Assembly (NCBI GenBank): GCA_021739625.1 | Contig: JAIPBJ010000001.1 | Span: 2,553 to 66,552, forward strand | Length of the DNA stretch: 64,000 bases | Source of the DNA: Flavobacteriales bacterium | GTDB lineage: Bacteria; Bacteroidota; Bacteroidia; UBA10329 | Direction: 5' to 3' | Part shown: piece by piece, positions 37,146 to 47,139 of the stretch | How the letters are laid out: each line of letters opens with the position of its first letter | How positions within the stretch are numbered: position 1 is the first letter of the stretch | Program-made: the position numbers and the translations under genes | Notes under the pieces: generated by a model | Told to the model about the DNA's origin: nothing | The model's input: only the letters and a program-made list of their open reading frames with translations | Databases searched by the model: none

Positions 37146-38441
37146 TCAAAGGCTCCAGTATCCCAACCGGCTGATCTTTCCTTTGTAAACGCCTTTCACG
37201 TCCACCACCAGGCCCTTATCTGAAGAGATGTTCTCAAAATAGGATTCTGGAAGATCGAGATACTCCTTATGGTTCACTGCCACAACAATGGCATCGTAAC
37301 CGGTGGAAGGCTCATCGCGCAGCGTGAATCCATATTCGTGCTCCACGTCCTTGGATGATGCATGAGGATCGATGACATGCACTTTCACCCCGAACGATTC
37401 CAGTTCGCGCAGAACGTCCACCACCTTCGAATTCCGGATATCTGAAACATTCTCTTTGAAGGTGCCGCCCATCAACAGGACTTTGCTTTTGCTGATGTTC
37501 TTGCCATTGGCGATGATGCGCTTCACCGTCTCCTGCGCCACATAGGCACCCACCGCATCGTTGGTCGAACGGCCAGAGATGATGACCTTGCTATGGAAAC
37601 CCAGTTTGCGGGCCTTGTGCGTCAGGTAGTATGGATCGACCCCTATGCAGTGACCGCCCACAAGACCGGGAAAGAACTTGAGGAAATTCCATTTGGTGCC
37701 AGCTGCTTCCAACACATCGAAGGTGTTGATGCCCATGCGGTTGAAGATCATCGACAGCTCGTTCATCAGGGCGATGTTCACATCGCGCTGGGTGTTCTCG
37801 ATGATCTTGGCAGCTTCGGCCACTTTGATGGAAGGAGCGCGGTGAACCCCCGCATCCACCACCAGCTCGTAGGTCTTCGCGATATTGTCCAACGACTCGG
37901 CATCGCAGCCGCTCACCACCTTGGTGATCTTTGAGAGCGTGTGTTCCTTGTCACCCGGATTTATCCGCTCAGGGGAGTAGCCCACTTTGAAGTCGATATT
38001 GAATTTCAACCCTGATTCGGCCTCCAGCACAGGGATGCAATCCTCTTCTGTGCAGCCGGGATATACCGTGGATTCATAGACCACATAATCACCCTTTTTC
38101 AGCGCTTTTCCCACAGTGCGCGATGCAGAGATCACAGGGCGCAGGTCGGGCAGGTTGTGCTCATCTATCGGGGTTGGAACGGCCACAATGAAGAACTTGA
38201 CATCGGCCAGGTCCTTGGGGTCGGCAGTGAAAAGGATGTCCGCGCCTTCGAAGTCCTTCGCTTCCAACTCCTCGCTGGGGTCGATGTTGTTCCGCATCAG
38301 ATCTACACGCTGCGCGTTGATATCGAAGCCGACCACTTTGATCTTCTTGGCGAAGGCCAACGCAATGGGAAGTCCCACATATCCAAGCCCTATGAGGGCA
38401 AGTTTGTCCTGTTTCTTAACGAGTTGCTGGTAGATGCTCAT
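37146..38441 (-). CDS. UDP-N-acetylhexosamine 6-dehydrogenase (TviB/WbpO-like)
   Basis: GLGYVGLP, YESTVYPG, YSPERINPGD, AEAAKIIENTQRDVNIA, GLVGGHCIGVDPYY. Confidence 0.9.
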   Translation of the reverse strand: MSIYQQLVKKQDKLALIGLGYVGLPIALAFAKKIKVVGFDINAQRVDLMRNNIDPSEELEAKDFEGADILFTADPKDLADVKFFIVAVPTPIDEHNLPDLRPVISASRTVGKALKKGDYVVYESTVYPGCTEEDCIPVLEAESGLKFNIDFKVGYSPERINPGDKEHTLSKITKVVSGCDAESLDNIAKTYELVVDAGVHRAPSIKVAEAAKIIENTQRDVNIALMNELSMIFNRMGINTFDVLEAAGTKWNFLKFFPGLVGGHCIGVDPYYLTHKARKLGFHSKVIISGRSTNDAVGAYVAQETVKRIIANGKNISKSKVLLMGGTFKENVSDIRNSKVVDVLRELESFGVKVHVIDPHASSKDVEHEYGFTLRDEPSTGYDAIVVAVNHKEYLDLPESYFENISSDKGLVVDVKGVYKGKISRLGYWSL

Positions 38442-38504
38442 CGGTGAAAGGGTGAAAGGGTGAAAAGGTGTAAAAGTGTTAAGGGATAAGATGTGATAGA
38501 GTGC

Positions 38505-39089
38505 TCAGTTTTTGCTCACCCGTCCATTTTTAAGTTGGTAGATCTCTTTGCTCTCCGGACAGGTCGCAAGCCCATTCGTATCAAAGCTGAGACGATGTCC
38601 GTACTCGCTCATCCAGCCTATCTGGCGTGATGGATTGCCAACCACCAGAGCGAATGCAGGAACCTCTTTGGTCACCACGGCCCCCGCTCCGATAAAAGCG
38701 AATTCACCGATGTTGTGACCGCAGACGATGGTCGCATTTGCACCAATGGACGCGCCACGGCCTACGCGGGTCTCCATATACTGATCCCTGCGGTTCACCG
38801 CACTTCGCGGGTTGATGACGTTCGTGAACACCATGCTCGGGCCCAAGAATACGTCATCCTCGCATATCACCCCTGTGTAGATGGAGACGTTGTTCTGAAC
38901 CTTGACGTTGTTGCCAAGCACCACGCCTGGAGACACCACCACATTCTGCCCCAGATTGCAGTTCGCTCCGATGGTGCAGTTTGGCATCACATGGCTGAAA
39001 TGCCAGATGCGCGTTCCCTTACCGATGGTGCAACCCTCGTCAATCACAGCAGTCTCATGGGCGATGTAGTTCGTATCCATTGTTTCCAT
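38505..39089 (-). CDS. Hexapeptide-repeat N-acetyltransferase (WbpD/WlbB-like)
   Basis: IWHFSHV, NLGQNV, KVQNNVSIY, GPSMVFTN, GANATI, VGNP. Confidence 0.9.
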   Translation of the reverse strand: METMDTNYIAHETAVIDEGCTIGKGTRIWHFSHVMPNCTIGANCNLGQNVVVSPGVVLGNNVKVQNNVSIYTGVICEDDVFLGPSMVFTNVINPRSAVNRRDQYMETRVGRGASIGANATIVCGHNIGEFAFIGAGAVVTKEVPAFALVVGNPSRQIGWMSEYGHRLSFDTNGLATCPESKEIYQLKNGRVSKN

Positions 39090-39124
39090 CAGATTTCCTC
39101 CGCTCAGGGGAGGTCAGGAGGGGT

Positions 39125-40126
39125 CTATTTCCGAATGTACCCCTCGAAGGTGTTGTGCTCTTTCTTATGAAGTTCATCAGATGAGAGGCTCTTGAAATAC
39201 TCGTAGGTGATCTTCAGTCCTTGGGCACGGCCCACTTTCGGCTCCCAACCGAGAATGCTGCGAGCTTTGGTGATGTCTGGTTGCCGCTGCATCGGGTCGT
39301 CCACTGGAAGCGGTCTGTAAATCACCTTTTGCTTCGTTCCTGTAAGTGCAATGATTTCCTCCGCGAACTGCGAAATGGTGATCTCATCGGGGTTGCCGAT
39401 GTTCACCGGTTCGGCATAGTCCGACAGCAGCAGGCGATGGATTCCTTCAACAAGGTCGTCCACGTAGCAGAACGAGCGGGTCTGCGAGCCGTCACCGAAA
39501 ACCGTGAGGTCCTCACCACGCAGTGCCTGCCCGATGAATGCCGGCAACACCCTTCCGTCATTCAGCCGCATCCTTGGGCCATAAGTGTTGAAGATGCGGA
39601 TGATGCGCGTCTCCAGCCCGTGATAGCGGTGATAGGCCATGGTGATGGCCTCCTGAAAACGCTTGGCCTCGTCATACACCCCCCGTGGGCCGATGGTGTT
39701 CACGTTGCCGTGATACTCCTCGGTCTGCGGATGAACGGTCGGGTCGCCATAGACCTCTGAGGTCGATGCGACCAGTATGCGCGCTCCTTTTGCCTTGGCA
39801 AGTCCGAGGAGGTTGTGTGTTCCCAATGATCCGACCTTCAGTGTCTGAATCGGAATCTTGAGATAGTCGATCGGGCTGGCTGGCGAGGCGAAGTGGAGGA
39901 TGTAGTCAAGGTCTCCGGCCACATGCACGAACTTGCTCACATCGTGGTGATAGAACTCGAACTCTTTCAGCTTGAAAAGGTGCTCGATGTTGCGCAGGTC
40001 GCCCGTGATGAGGTTGTCCATCGCCACCACCTGATACCCTTCGGCAATGAACCGGTCGCAGAGGTGCGAACCGAGGAAGCCTGCGGCACCGGTGATCAGG
40101 ATTCTCTTATTCGAGCTGTTAGCCAT
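39125..40126 (-). CDS. UDP-glucuronic acid decarboxylase (UDP-xylose synthase family)
   Basis: [44 protein letters not shown]. Confidence 0.92.
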   Translation of the reverse strand: MANSSNKRILITGAAGFLGSHLCDRFIAEGYQVVAMDNLITGDLRNIEHLFKLKEFEFYHHDVSKFVHVAGDLDYILHFASPASPIDYLKIPIQTLKVGSLGTHNLLGLAKAKGARILVASTSEVYGDPTVHPQTEEYHGNVNTIGPRGVYDEAKRFQEAITMAYHRYHGLETRIIRIFNTYGPRMRLNDGRVLPAFIGQALRGEDLTVFGDGSQTRSFCYVDDLVEGIHRLLLSDYAEPVNIGNPDEITISQFAEEIIALTGTKQKVIYRPLPVDDPMQRQPDITKARSILGWEPKVGRAQGLKITYEYFKSLSSDELHKKEHNTFEGYIRK

Positions 40127-40193
40127 TAGCTGTTCGCCTTAAGTAGCGGTGAATCCCGCTGCGGGTCGGGACCATTTTCAATCTTCCAATTTC

Positions 40194-41516
40194 TCATTTT
40201 CCTGCTGGAACAACCGTTCTGCGCCCGATGCTGTTGTAGTAGAACCCAAGTTCGGCCATGTGAGGAAGGTCGTAGAGGTTGCGGCCATCAAAGATGACCT
40301 TCTCTTTCAGCAGATCGGTGAGTTTGTCAAAATCAGGGGAGCGGAACACAGACCATTCCGTAGCGATGATGAGTGCATCAGCATCTCTCAAAGCTTCATA
40401 TTGGTCTGATGCGAAGGAGATCTTATCGCCCAGCAGTCTTTTCACATTGCCCATCGCCTCAGGGTCGAATGCCGTGATGGTGGCTCCTGCCTCCAACAGT
40501 TTGGCAATGACATAAAGGGCAGGCGCTTCGCGAATGTCGTCCGTATCGGGCTTGAAGGCAAGGCCCCAAAGCGCAAAATGCCTGCCTTTGAGCTCGCCTC
40601 CGAAGAAGTCAAGGATCTTGGGCACGATGATGGTCTTCTGCTGCTCGTTCACTTTCATCACGCTGGCGAGCAGTGGGAATTCATAGCCTGCATCGTTAGC
40701 GGACTTGGCCAACGCCTGCACATCTTTGGGGAAGCAGCTTCCACCATAGCCGATGCCTGGGAAAAGGAACCGCTTGCCGATACGGGTGTCAGTGCCGATG
40801 CCAATGCGCACCTTGTCCACGTCTGCGTCCAAACGCTCACAGAGATTAGCGATCTCGTTCATGAAGGTGATCTTGGTGGCGAGGAAGGCGTTGGCAGCGT
40901 ACTTCGTCAGCTCGGCACTCTTCTCATCCATGAAAATGATGGGATTGCCCTGCCGCACATACGGCTTGTACAGTTCTTCCATGATGGCCTCTGCCCGCTT
41001 GCTGCTGGTGCCCACCACCACTCGGTCGGGCTTAAGGAAGTCGTCCACCGCAAAGCCTTCGCGCAAGAACTCAGGATTGGAGACAACGTCAAAGTCCACT
41101 TTGGCGTGTTTCGCCACCGCTGCGGTCACTTTGTCGGCAGTGCCCACTGGGACAGTGCTCTTGTCCACGATCACCTTGTAGTCGGTGATGATCTTACCCA
41201 ATTCTTCAGCAACACCCAGAACGTAGGAGAGGTCTGCACTGCCATCTTCGCCCGGAGGGGTTGGCAATGCAAGGAATATCACCTTGGCATCCTTGATGGC
41301 CGAGGCCAGGTCGGTAGTGAAACTAAGGCGGTCCTGCTTGATGTTCCTGTGAAAAAGCACGTCAAGGTGCGGCTCATAGATGGGCACTTCACCATTGCGC
41401 ATCCGTTCGACCTTCGATGAGTCGATGTCCACGCAGGTAACGGTATTGCCCGTCTCGGCAAGGCAAGTGCCTGTGACGAGTCCCACATATCCCGTACCTA
41501 CAACCGCTATTTTCAT
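40194..41516 (-). CDS. ugd: UDP-glucose 6-dehydrogenase
   Basis: GTGYVGL, KSTVPVGT, SNPEFLREG, KYAANAFLA, GYGGSCFPKD, AFKPDTDDIRE. Confidence 0.95.
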   Translation of the reverse strand: MKIAVVGTGYVGLVTGTCLAETGNTVTCVDIDSSKVERMRNGEVPIYEPHLDVLFHRNIKQDRLSFTTDLASAIKDAKVIFLALPTPPGEDGSADLSYVLGVAEELGKIITDYKVIVDKSTVPVGTADKVTAAVAKHAKVDFDVVSNPEFLREGFAVDDFLKPDRVVVGTSSKRAEAIMEELYKPYVRQGNPIIFMDEKSAELTKYAANAFLATKITFMNEIANLCERLDADVDKVRIGIGTDTRIGKRFLFPGIGYGGSCFPKDVQALAKSANDAGYEFPLLASVMKVNEQQKTIIVPKILDFFGGELKGRHFALWGLAFKPDTDDIREAPALYVIAKLLEAGATITAFDPEAMGNVKRLLGDKISFASDQYEALRDADALIIATEWSVFRSPDFDKLTDLLKEKVIFDGRNLYDLPHMAELGFYYNSIGRRTVVPAGK

Positions 41517-41562
41517 TGTCTATTTAAAATGATTCGTGATGATTGGGCCGGATGCCTGATGG

Positions 41563-42696
41563 TCATTGTGCGGCAACGCCCTCCAACACCTTTTGAATGA
41601 TGTATTCCAGTTGGTCCGCATCCATTTCTGTGTGGATCGGGAGGGAAAGAACATTGTCGCAAAGCATATCGGTGACAGGGAAAGCCGCATCATCGTAACG
41701 CGTGTCCTGAAATGCTTTCTGCTTGTGCAGTGGAATCGGGTAATAGATCATGCTCGGAACCCCGTTCTGCGCAAGGAAATTACGGAGCCTGTCACGGTCA
41801 ATGCCGTTGAGCACCACCGTGTATTGATGGAAAACGTGGGTGGATCTGGGATGCTGGTTTGGGATCCTGATGCGCGGATGCTTCTCAAAGGCATCACCAT
41901 AGGCATCGGCCACAGCCTGCCTGTTGGCGATGTACTCGTCCAGATACCTCAGCTTCACACGGAGAATGGCCGCCTGCAATGCATCGAGCCGCGAGTTGCA
42001 GCCCACCACGTCATGCACATACTGTTTTGACTGTCCGTGCGAGGCGATCATCTTTGCGATGCGTGCCATCTCATCGTCATTGGTCATGATGGCACCTCCG
42101 TCACCGTAACAGCCCAGATTCTTGGACGGGAAGAACGAGGTGCAACCGAAGATGCCCATGGTTCCTGCCATCACAACTTTGCCACTGGAGAACAGGTAAT
42201 CGGCACCTATGGCCTGAGCATTGTCCTCAATGATGTGAATCCCATGTCTCTCGCCCAATGCCAGCAACCGTTCCATGTCGGCACATTGGCCGTAGAGATG
42301 AACGGGCACGATGACCTTGGTTCTTGGTGTGATGGCAGCTTCCACCTGTGCAATGTCGATGGTATAGGTGTCGGCATCCACATCCACCAGCACAGGTGTC
42401 AGGCCAAGCAGGGCAATGACCTCGGCAGTGGCTATGTAGGTGAATGTTGGGGTGATGACCTCGTCACCGGGCTTCAGCCCAAGGGCCATCATGGCAATTT
42501 GCAAAGCATCGGTGCCATTGGCGCACGGAATCACATGCTTCACGCCAAGGTAAGCCTCCAGTTCTGCTTTGAATCCGTCAACTTCGGGGCCTCCTATGAA
42601 CTTGGTGGAGCGAATGGTGCCCAGCACCGCATCGTCAATCTCCTTTTGAATGCGTTCATACTGCGCCCCGAGATCTACCATCTGAATTTCACGCAA
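41563..42696 (-). CDS. DegT/DnrJ/EryC1/StrS aminotransferase (WbpE-like)
   Basis: NGTDAL, PVHLYGQ, EDNAQAIG, SFFPSKNLGCYGDGG, NSRLD. TATATTTG promoter (minus strand) at 42734-42741. Confidence 0.92.
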   Translation of the reverse strand: MREIQMVDLGAQYERIQKEIDDAVLGTIRSTKFIGGPEVDGFKAELEAYLGVKHVIPCANGTDALQIAMMALGLKPGDEVITPTFTYIATAEVIALLGLTPVLVDVDADTYTIDIAQVEAAITPRTKVIVPVHLYGQCADMERLLALGERHGIHIIEDNAQAIGADYLFSSGKVVMAGTMGIFGCTSFFPSKNLGCYGDGGAIMTNDDEMARIAKMIASHGQSKQYVHDVVGCNSRLDALQAAILRVKLRYLDEYIANRQAVADAYGDAFEKHPRIRIPNQHPRSTHVFHQYTVVLNGIDRDRLRNFLAQNGVPSMIYYPIPLHKQKAFQDTRYDDAAFPVTDMLCDNVLSLPIHTEMDADQLEYIIQKVLEGVAAQ

Positions 42697-42806
42697 AGCC
42701 TCTGATTTAAGATTTCTACTCTCTTAAGGGCGGCAAATATAGCCATGGGGATGAGGGTGGGTGGGCAAAATCCAAGTTTGTGAGGATTTTGGATGCCCTG
42801 CCTTGA

Positions 42807-43934
42807 TCACCAATGCAAGAGCTCTTTCGCAAACCTGCTCCAACTGAATTTCTCCCTCTCCTTGGGCAGGTTGTCCCGGAATGTCTGTTCGTCATTCCCA
42901 GAGAAGAAATCATTGAGGTGCCGTGCAATGGACGAGGGTTGCGGAGGGCACACATGGCCGACCGTTCTGTGCGGTACCATCTCGGGCAGGCCGCCCACAT
43001 CTGTCACCAGCATGGGTGTTCCGAAATGATAGGCTATCTGCGTCACCCCGCTTTGGGTGGCACTGCGGTACGGCTGTGCCATGATGTTGGCCGCACAGAA
43101 ATAGTATTTCACTTCATTCTCCGGGATGAAGTTGTCATGCAGAATGACATGCTTTTCAAGACCGTTCTTCCTTATGATTTCGAGGCATTCCTCCTTGCCT
43201 TCGTAAAACTCTCCTGCAACGACAACTTTGAGACCGGTGCGGTCGGGCATCTGCGCCACGGCTTCCAATAGCAGGTCGAGGCCCTTGTAGTGCCGCACAA
43301 TGCCGAAGAAAAGAATGACGCGGTCGTTTTCGGAAAGCCCAAGTCGCTTCCTTGCCTCGGCCATGGGCACCGACTCACCGAAGTGGTCATAAACCGGATG
43401 ATACAGGAGCTTGCGGGCCTTTGTGCGGTCGTAGGAACTGAGGTCGGCCATCACACTTGACGACATCACAGCGAAGTGGTCGCAGGAGTTCAGGAACATC
43501 TTGGTCAGACTGCGGTCGCCAATGCGGTGCTCGTGCGGGATCACGTTGTCCAGCAGACCCACGATCCGAACATCGGAGCGTTTCTTCACATAGCGGCAAA
43601 TGGCCGAAAGTGCAGGGGCCATGAACGGGATCCAGAAGCGGACAATGATGATGTCCGGCTTTTCCTCAAGGATTTTCCTTGCGGTCGAAAGCCAGGTCCA
43701 TGGGGCAATCGAGTTGATGGTGGTGCGGATGCGCATCGTCCCAAGGTCGTGGGCACCCTCTTCCATCTGTGTTTTTCCAGGAAAAAGGAAATCGGGATAT
43801 TGAAGCGAGAAAGAATAGATCACGTTCTCTACGCCCATCTTGGTGAGTTGCCGGCTCAGCGACTCATTGAGCTGAGCAATGCCGCCCCTGAGCGGATAGG
43901 CGGGTCCGATGATGACACATTTCTCAGGCAGCAT
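42807..43934 (-). CDS. Glycosyltransferase family 4
   Basis: GPAYPLRGGI, FFGIVRHYKG, PYRSATQSG, TDVGGLPE. Confidence 0.9.
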   Translation of the reverse strand: MLPEKCVIIGPAYPLRGGIAQLNESLSRQLTKMGVENVIYSFSLQYPDFLFPGKTQMEEGAHDLGTMRIRTTINSIAPWTWLSTARKILEEKPDIIIVRFWIPFMAPALSAICRYVKKRSDVRIVGLLDNVIPHEHRIGDRSLTKMFLNSCDHFAVMSSSVMADLSSYDRTKARKLLYHPVYDHFGESVPMAEARKRLGLSENDRVILFFGIVRHYKGLDLLLEAVAQMPDRTGLKVVVAGEFYEGKEECLEIIRKNGLEKHVILHDNFIPENEVKYYFCAANIMAQPYRSATQSGVTQIAYHFGTPMLVTDVGGLPEMVPHRTVGHVCPPQPSSIARHLNDFFSGNDEQTFRDNLPKEREKFSWSRFAKELLHW

Positions 43935-44007
43935 ATCAGGTTCTCAGCGTATCAGGCACTCAGGACATCAGCAATCGGCAGGTTCGGTCAACCTTGAACA
44001 TGAAACG

Positions 44008-44976
44008 TCAAACCTTGGACCCTTCTCCCTCTATCGTCTCCGAGATGTGATAATGATTCCGCTCGCTGGACGAACGTGCGATCATCTCTGCAAGAAAACC
44101 CGCGAGGAACAATTGTGTTCCGAGCACCATCGCCAAAAGTCCGAGATAGAACAGCGGCTGGTCGGTCACCTCGCGAAAAATCGCCCCGTTTGTTATTGCG
44201 AGCACTTTCTGCGTCAGCAGGTAGAGACTCACAGCGCCTCCCATCATGAACATCAACATGCCCACGCTGCCGAAAAAGTGCATCGGACGCTTACCGAAGC
44301 GGCTCACGAAGGTGATGACCATCAGGTCGAGCGGGCCGTTGATGAACCGCTCCATCCCAAACTTGGTGACCCCGAATTTCCGTTCCTGGTGCTGCACCAC
44401 CTTTTCCCCGATCTTTCTGAAACCGGCCCATTTGGCGATGACCGGGATGTAGCGGTGCATCTCGCCATAGACCTCTATGCTCTTCACCACATCCCTGCGA
44501 TAGGCCTTCAGCCCACAGTTGAAATCGTGGAGCTGGATACCCGACATGCGCCTTGCGGCCCAATTGTAGAGCTTGGTGGGGATGGTCTTGCTGAGTGGGT
44601 CAAAACGTTTCTGTTTCCAGCCCGACACTATGTCCAGTCCCTGCTCGGTGATCATGCGATACAGCTCCGGGATCTCCTCCGGGCTGTCCTGAAGGTCGGC
44701 ATCCATTGTGATGATCACATCGCCCTGCGCCTTGGCGAAACCGCAGTTCAACCCGGCCGATTTGCCATAGTTGCGTCTGAATCTCAGCGCGATGATGTTC
44801 GGATTCTCTTGCCTCAGTTGGCGGATGATCTGCCACGAATTGTCGGTGCTGCCATCGTCCACGAACACGATCTCGTAGCTGAATCCGTGCGCTGTCATCA
44901 CACGCTCGATCCAAGCTGTGAGCTCGGGCAGCGATTCGGCCTCATTGAAAAGCGGGATGACGAGGGAAAGCTGCAA
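44008..44976 (-). CDS. Glycosyltransferase family 2 (ArnC/DPM1-like, polyprenyl-phosphate type)
   Basis: VIPLFNE, VDDGSTD, RNYGKS, MDADLQD, HDFNCG; two C-terminal TM helices. Confidence 0.9.
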   Translation of the reverse strand: MQLSLVIPLFNEAESLPELTAWIERVMTAHGFSYEIVFVDDGSTDNSWQIIRQLRQENPNIIALRFRRNYGKSAGLNCGFAKAQGDVIITMDADLQDSPEEIPELYRMITEQGLDIVSGWKQKRFDPLSKTIPTKLYNWAARRMSGIQLHDFNCGLKAYRRDVVKSIEVYGEMHRYIPVIAKWAGFRKIGEKVVQHQERKFGVTKFGMERFINGPLDLMVITFVSRFGKRPMHFFGSVGMLMFMMGGAVSLYLLTQKVLAITNGAIFREVTDQPLFYLGLLAMVLGTQLFLAGFLAEMIARSSSERNHYHISETIEGEGSKV

Positions 44977-45086
44977 GGGATTGATTATTGTCGATTGATT
45001 ATTGTTGATCGGTGCTTCGGCTTGGAGAACATTGGTTGAAGCTCTGTTTGCTTGAAGCTTGTGGCATAAGGCCTGCAGCTATTTTC

Positions 45087-45590
45087 TCACTTGAAATTCG
45101 CCTCAAACGACTCGTCATTCTTTTTGAAAACGGCTGCGGCAATCAACGAGATGATGAAACCGGTGAATGCACTGCTGATGATGGTCATGAAGAACATCGG
45201 AACAGGCTTGAAGATCTTCTCATAGATGCCCATCATCATGTCAACCTGCGAAGTGGGCAGGCCCTGCTCAAAAAGCTGGTCCTCCATCTTCACAAGCAGT
45301 CGGGCAAGTTGCTCGGTGTCAATAAAACTCATGTGGATGAACGCATAGAAGGCCGAGATGATACCCCCGAAGAAGGCGATGGCAGTGCCGGTAGCCAACC
45401 CCTCGCCATAGGTGATGAAGCCTTCCTGATGCTTCCTGCGCTGAACAATCCCGTAGCAGATCACCCCGATCATGAGGCCATAGGTGAGTCCCACAGCATT
45501 CGATTCGCTCATTCCCAACAGGTAGAGTGTCACCGAGAACATGATGAGCAGCAGGCCCAGCACCGCGCCCCAATTCATTGCGTGTCTCAT
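45087..45590 (-). CDS. DUF4199-like membrane protein
   Basis: Four TM helices; 'GFITYGEGL..G' pattern. TATATTTG promoter (minus strand) at 45614-45621. Confidence 0.75.
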   Translation of the reverse strand: MRHAMNWGAVLGLLLIMFSVTLYLLGMSESNAVGLTYGLMIGVICYGIVQRRKHQEGFITYGEGLATGTAIAFFGGIISAFYAFIHMSFIDTEQLARLLVKMEDQLFEQGLPTSQVDMMMGIYEKIFKPVPMFFMTIISSAFTGFIISLIAAAVFKKNDESFEANFK

Positions 45591-45669
45591 GCAGTCTGTG
45601 TTTTGAACATCGGCAAATATAGGAACCTGCCATGTGCGGAATGGGCGGTTGTTCTGCTCACAATAGTTC

Positions 45670-45677
45670 TACCTTTG
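45670..45677 (+). promoter_or_regulatory. -7 promoter element (TACCTTTG) of the SRP RNA gene
   Basis: TAnnTTTG ending 4 nt before the RNA 5' stem. Confidence 0.65.
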
Positions 45678-45681
45678 CAGC

Positions 45682-45779
45682 GGGGTAAGTCCTGTGCGAC
45701 CAGCTCCCATCTAATCCCCCAGAGCAGGAATGCAGCAAGGGTCGGTGGTTGTAGCGGTGCGACACAGTCAGCTTACCCC
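45682..45779 (+). ncRNA. ffs: Signal recognition particle RNA (4.5S, small bacterial type)
   Basis: Terminal stem GGGGTAAG/CTTACCCC; domain IV core CAG-A-GCA-GGAA-TGC-AGCA with a GGAA tetraloop; about 98 nt, followed by a T-run. Confidence 0.85.
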
Positions 45780-45888
45780 ATTTTTTGTGCCCTGAAGTGA
45801 ACCATGGGGCCAGAACCAGAATCCTCATTGACCCTCCAGATTTGAGACGATCACTCAAAATTGCAGGGTCAGTCCTTTCGTAGTTCGG

Positions 45889-47004
45889 TTACTCCTTGTA
45901 CCCCAACCGCCCGAAAATCTCCTTCCACGCAGCGAAAACCTCTTGCTTACGCTGTTCGGGATAATCATACTTGTTGGTCTGATACGCAATGTATGATTTC
46001 ACTTCACTGGCGATGTGCGGGCGGGCCGCATCAAAATTGTCCAACCCACAGTCGCTGTACGCTTTTTCCACCACCTCCAGCTCATTGCCGATGAGGTCTT
46101 CATAGCGTATCTCTGCCAGATGCCCTTCGGGAATGAGTTCGCGCTCCCGCAGGTACTTCTCCATCATTTCCCGGTAGGAGAAAAGGATGTAGTCCTCGAT
46201 CATCTTGCCCTCACAGTGCTGGAAACTCACCATCGGCAGTGTGATGGAATAGAGCCGCTCTGTTGAGAAATAGACCGAGTATGGATTGCGGCTGATGTGA
46301 ATGAACCGCGCGTCTGGAAAGACCTCCAAGATCTCGAGCACCCGTGCAGTGTTCTCAGGGCTCTTTATCAGGAGCTGTTTCCCATGGTGAGTGAAGGTCA
46401 GTTTCTGCAAGAAATAGCGCAGCGTGTCCTGCCATTCGCGTTTTGCTTTGCCATCCTCAAAGAGCACATTCTTGGAAAAGATTTCTTGCATCCTTCTTGG
46501 GAAGTAATAACCGGGAGCCATGGAAGAAGGTGTCATGTTGCCCAAGGAATATTCGGGTTCCGTGGGCAGGTCGAGGCCCATGCGCAGGTTATCCATGGGC
46601 CTTGTCTCCGGCAGTGCCCTGCGATAGATGCGCTTCAGAATGTCCTCAGAAGTGAGATAGACCCAGGGCATGAAACTCTCCTTGACGGTGAGATTTCCGA
46701 ACCGCCCGTCTCTTCCCAACAGATAATGCAGATAAGTGGTGCCGCTGCGCTGATGTCCCAGGATGAACACTGGTGATCTTACTTCTGCGGCACGGATGCG
46801 CTTGTCATATCTCCACCGTTCCCACAGGATCACTGGCCACATCAGACAAGTGACGATGCCAACGATCACAGCCTTGGGCCAGAATTGCCAGTCCACATCG
46901 CGCCAATGCTTGCGCAGGATGCCGAACCACGTAATGGGGTCAGCCCCTATGGCAGTGGTAGCCCCGAAGTTCAGGTATTGCTTGCGGCCTATTTCGAGTT
47001 TCAA
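45889..47004 (-). CDS. Sulfotransferase family protein
   Basis: FILGHQRSGTT (5'-PSB), LLIKSPENT, FIHISRNP..V..S (3'-PB), IRYEDL. Start uncertain; TTG at 47004 assumed. Confidence 0.85.
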   Translation of the reverse strand: MKLEIGRKQYLNFGATTAIGADPITWFGILRKHWRDVDWQFWPKAVIVGIVTCLMWPVILWERWRYDKRIRAAEVRSPVFILGHQRSGTTYLHYLLGRDGRFGNLTVKESFMPWVYLTSEDILKRIYRRALPETRPMDNLRMGLDLPTEPEYSLGNMTPSSMAPGYYFPRRMQEIFSKNVLFEDGKAKREWQDTLRYFLQKLTFTHHGKQLLIKSPENTARVLEILEVFPDARFIHISRNPYSVYFSTERLYSITLPMVSFQHCEGKMIEDYILFSYREMMEKYLRERELIPEGHLAEIRYEDLIGNELEVVEKAYSDCGLDNFDAARPHIASEVKSYIAYQTNKYDYPEQRKQEVFAAWKEIFGRLGYKE

Positions 47005-47139
47005 ATCAAGAAGGGAAATGGAAGATGGAAATTGGTCAACTACCTGCTCCGTAGCAGGTCTGTATCCTTGTTGCTCGAATGAGCGGCAAAGTTCGTAAGC
47101 ATCCCTGCCACAGCGACAATTTTCAGTTTTCAATTTCCC

